Assembly (NCBI GenBank): GCA_050230475.1
Contig: JBFLGF010000201.1
Span: 1-58,959, forward strand
Source: Ancylonema sp.
Lineage: Eukaryota
Direction of reading: 5' to 3'
Length of the DNA stretch: 58,959 nucleotides
Part shown: positions 56,790 to 58,959 of the stretch, piece by piece
Layout: every line of letters starts with the position of its first letter
Position numbering within the stretch: position 1 is the stretch's first letter
The notes under the pieces: model-generated
Databases searched by the model: none
What the model was told of the DNA's origin: nothing
The model's input: the letters and a program-made list of their open reading frames with translations, nothing else
Position numbers and translations under genes: made by a program

Positions 56790-57334
56790 TTTGGTAGCGC
56801 AATGCCTTTTCCTTCGACAATAATTCGTTTAAAATTATGTACTGTACTTATGATAATAAATCAATCCAGTCTCACAACCGCGCGGATGTGTGGAAACATT
56901 TCATGACAAGACATCAAGCCGATACTGAAATTGACATGTTGTGCGGAGAGAGATTGATTTGATATTACACACTGCACGTAACACTCGAGAAGGCAAAGAT
57001 TCCTTCTCGAGGGAACCGTGCACTACCATTCTAGGGGCACGGCTTAAAAAACCTTGTACCGATTCCAAACCGGGTTCAACCTTCAAACCATCCGCATGGA
57101 AGTTTTATAGCGGCTCCGAGTCATCGAGTTTTTAGCTTGTAACTCTATGGTGAAAGCCGTTGGAGCTTAAGAGTCCAGCCATGGGGTTCCCTAAATGTTG
57201 TGCATTCGATAAATATTTGCGATACACATTATTATCCACGATGTTTGAAGAAGTGCTTGATTCTATCATCTATTGCATTCCGAGCATTCACGACCCGGTA
57301 TGAAGCTGGTTGCAATCACTATCATTATGAGTGG

Positions 57335-57715
57335 GATTCGGCCCAATCCGGATTGCACGGTGTTCTAATGTGTTTTCATTGAATTGGGACCATCAACGGG
57401 GAACAAAACAATATGTTTTTGGGAGACGGGGTCGTGCTTAACCATAGATGGTCCCGATCCGATCGGATTTTTTTTAATCCCGCACCAATCCGGATCGGAC
57501 CCGATTCCGCGCCAATCCGCATCGGAGGCGCCAAACATTACGTGAAGGTCTATGGGGAAAAAAAACTTGGAGTCCCCCATCAAGGCGTAAAGTCGATTTG
57601 CTTGTTGGGCCAGGTCCAATTGGTATATTTCCGATATGGCGCCGATCCAGATTGGGTTCAATCTGGCGCCGATCCGGATTAGGATGGATAAGGACCAACT
57701 ATGTGCAACACCCTG
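57335..57715. mobile_element. Probable hAT-like MITE remnant
   Basis: Dense ATCCG/CGGAT motif cluster ending in gcaacaccctg (CAGGG-type end on the - strand). No TSD found. Confidence 0.4.
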
Positions 57716-57716
57716 G

Positions 57717-58492
57717 TATATACATACGTGCATAGTAGCATCAAAACGCGGATGCGTCTTGCAAACGCAAAACGCCCAAACGTCAAAACGGCACTTTTAA
57801 CCGTACGGACGCAACACCATACGCTGGTCCAAACGCACAGTTCCATACGTCCGTACACTGTACGGCCGTTTGGCAAACGGCCGTACACTTTTTTTTTTTT
57901 TTGGGTTTTTTTTTTAAAAGTTTTTTTTCCAATTTATTTTCACATAACTTTCATTTTCGAAATTTCCCGTCTTCTTTTATTTTTTATATTTTCCATCTAC
58001 GTAGCTTTTGCCTTGCAAGTATTATTTTAAGATTATCTCCTTCTTCTTCTTTTCTTTTCTTTTCCACCCTTCTTCTCCACATGTTTTCTTTCAAGTTCCA
58101 TACGTAACATCTAGATGTCCATCAACTAATTCTCAACCATAAAATAGATTTGTTGGGGAAAAATGTTCCAATATTACGTAATATCATCATTTTTTTCTCC
58201 CTACAAAAAAAAATTCACTCTTACTTTACTCTTACTCGTAATAAGGTTCCGCATCGGAAATTACTTAGACACGTCACCTCTTGTCAATACCGTACCCCCA
58301 TCCCCCAAGAAACCCAGCCAATTAATCCTGGCCGGGCCCGAATCCGGAATTTTGAGGGGTGCAATTTTTTTTGTAAGTACAATTTTGTCCGTATGGAGCG
58401 TATGCCATACGTCCGCATATGGCGAACGCCGTATGGGCCGATTTTTTCCGTTTGCATGCTACTATGCATACGTGTATACAATGTACACCCTA
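57717..58492. mobile_element. Probable MITE with inverted ends
   Basis: gcatagtagcatcaaaacg versus cgtttgcatgctactatgc, CCGTA/TACGG subterminal motifs, right end tgtacacccta. Confidence 0.55.
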
Positions 58493-58959
58493 GTGTAGTA
58501 GGAAACGTATTTCTGAGTCTTGTGTGGTGTACGCCCTGTCCGAGATGACGCTAGAGATCGCTAAGGCGAAACCCCTCTAGATTGATCAGAAACCCTCTAG
58601 ATTAAAACTTTGCTATAACGAGAGTATTCGATACAACGATTTTCTAGAATTAGTACTGTGCTAGAAAAATAGTGAAGTACGAAATTTGTACAACTTGAAA
58701 ATAACGCGTGGCGTATTTTCCGAAGTCTAAAATCCAGCAGTCTTCAACAAATAGCTGCGTGTCGATTTTGTTAAAATCGCAAGTCTCTTTCGACTTGTCG
58801 ATAATCCCGGCAATTAAATCCAGCCGTAGAACTAGAGTAATATTTCGCGCCGCTTTCATCGGAGCGCCGATATGAATTATAATGTTCTAGAAGCCAGCCT
58901 GTCGTGATCTTCGACAATTTAACTCTAGTTAACTTTGCCGGTTAGCACCGCGCAACAAC

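Overview
Eukaryotic, intron-rich, TE-rich DNA. The gene content (plant-type SNAPC1, signal-peptide dihydropyrimidinase, two-receiver hybrid kinase, TTTAGGG-like repeats) suggests a streptophyte alga or early-diverging land plant; this is inference. Seven spliced genes were reconstructed by hand with phase-consistent GT-AG introns: a secreted tocopherol-cyclase-like gene (-, truncated at the window start); a PAS hybrid histidine kinase (-, frameshift in the H-box); a dihydropyrimidinase (+, His-to-Arg change and frameshift at the metal-binding motif); a ~2134-aa acidic low-complexity repeat protein with an upstream ABRE/G-box cluster (+); an O-fucosyltransferase-like gene (-); SNAPC1/SNAP43 (-); and mitochondrial GUF1/LepA (+). 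Between them lie two degenerate Ty1/Copia elements, an intronic Copia fragment, and many nested Tc1/mariner-type and hAT-type MITEs. Most interesting: the giant repeat protein with synuclein/PrP-like Gly-Ala-Val modules and a C-terminal Cys-Cys anchor; two hAT-like insertions at almost the same position of one MITE family's TIR; Copia gag initiating inside the LTR and reading through the PBS; and catalytic-site lesions in the divergent kinase/dihydropyrimidinase pair. No CRISPR, rRNA or tRNA genes were seen.
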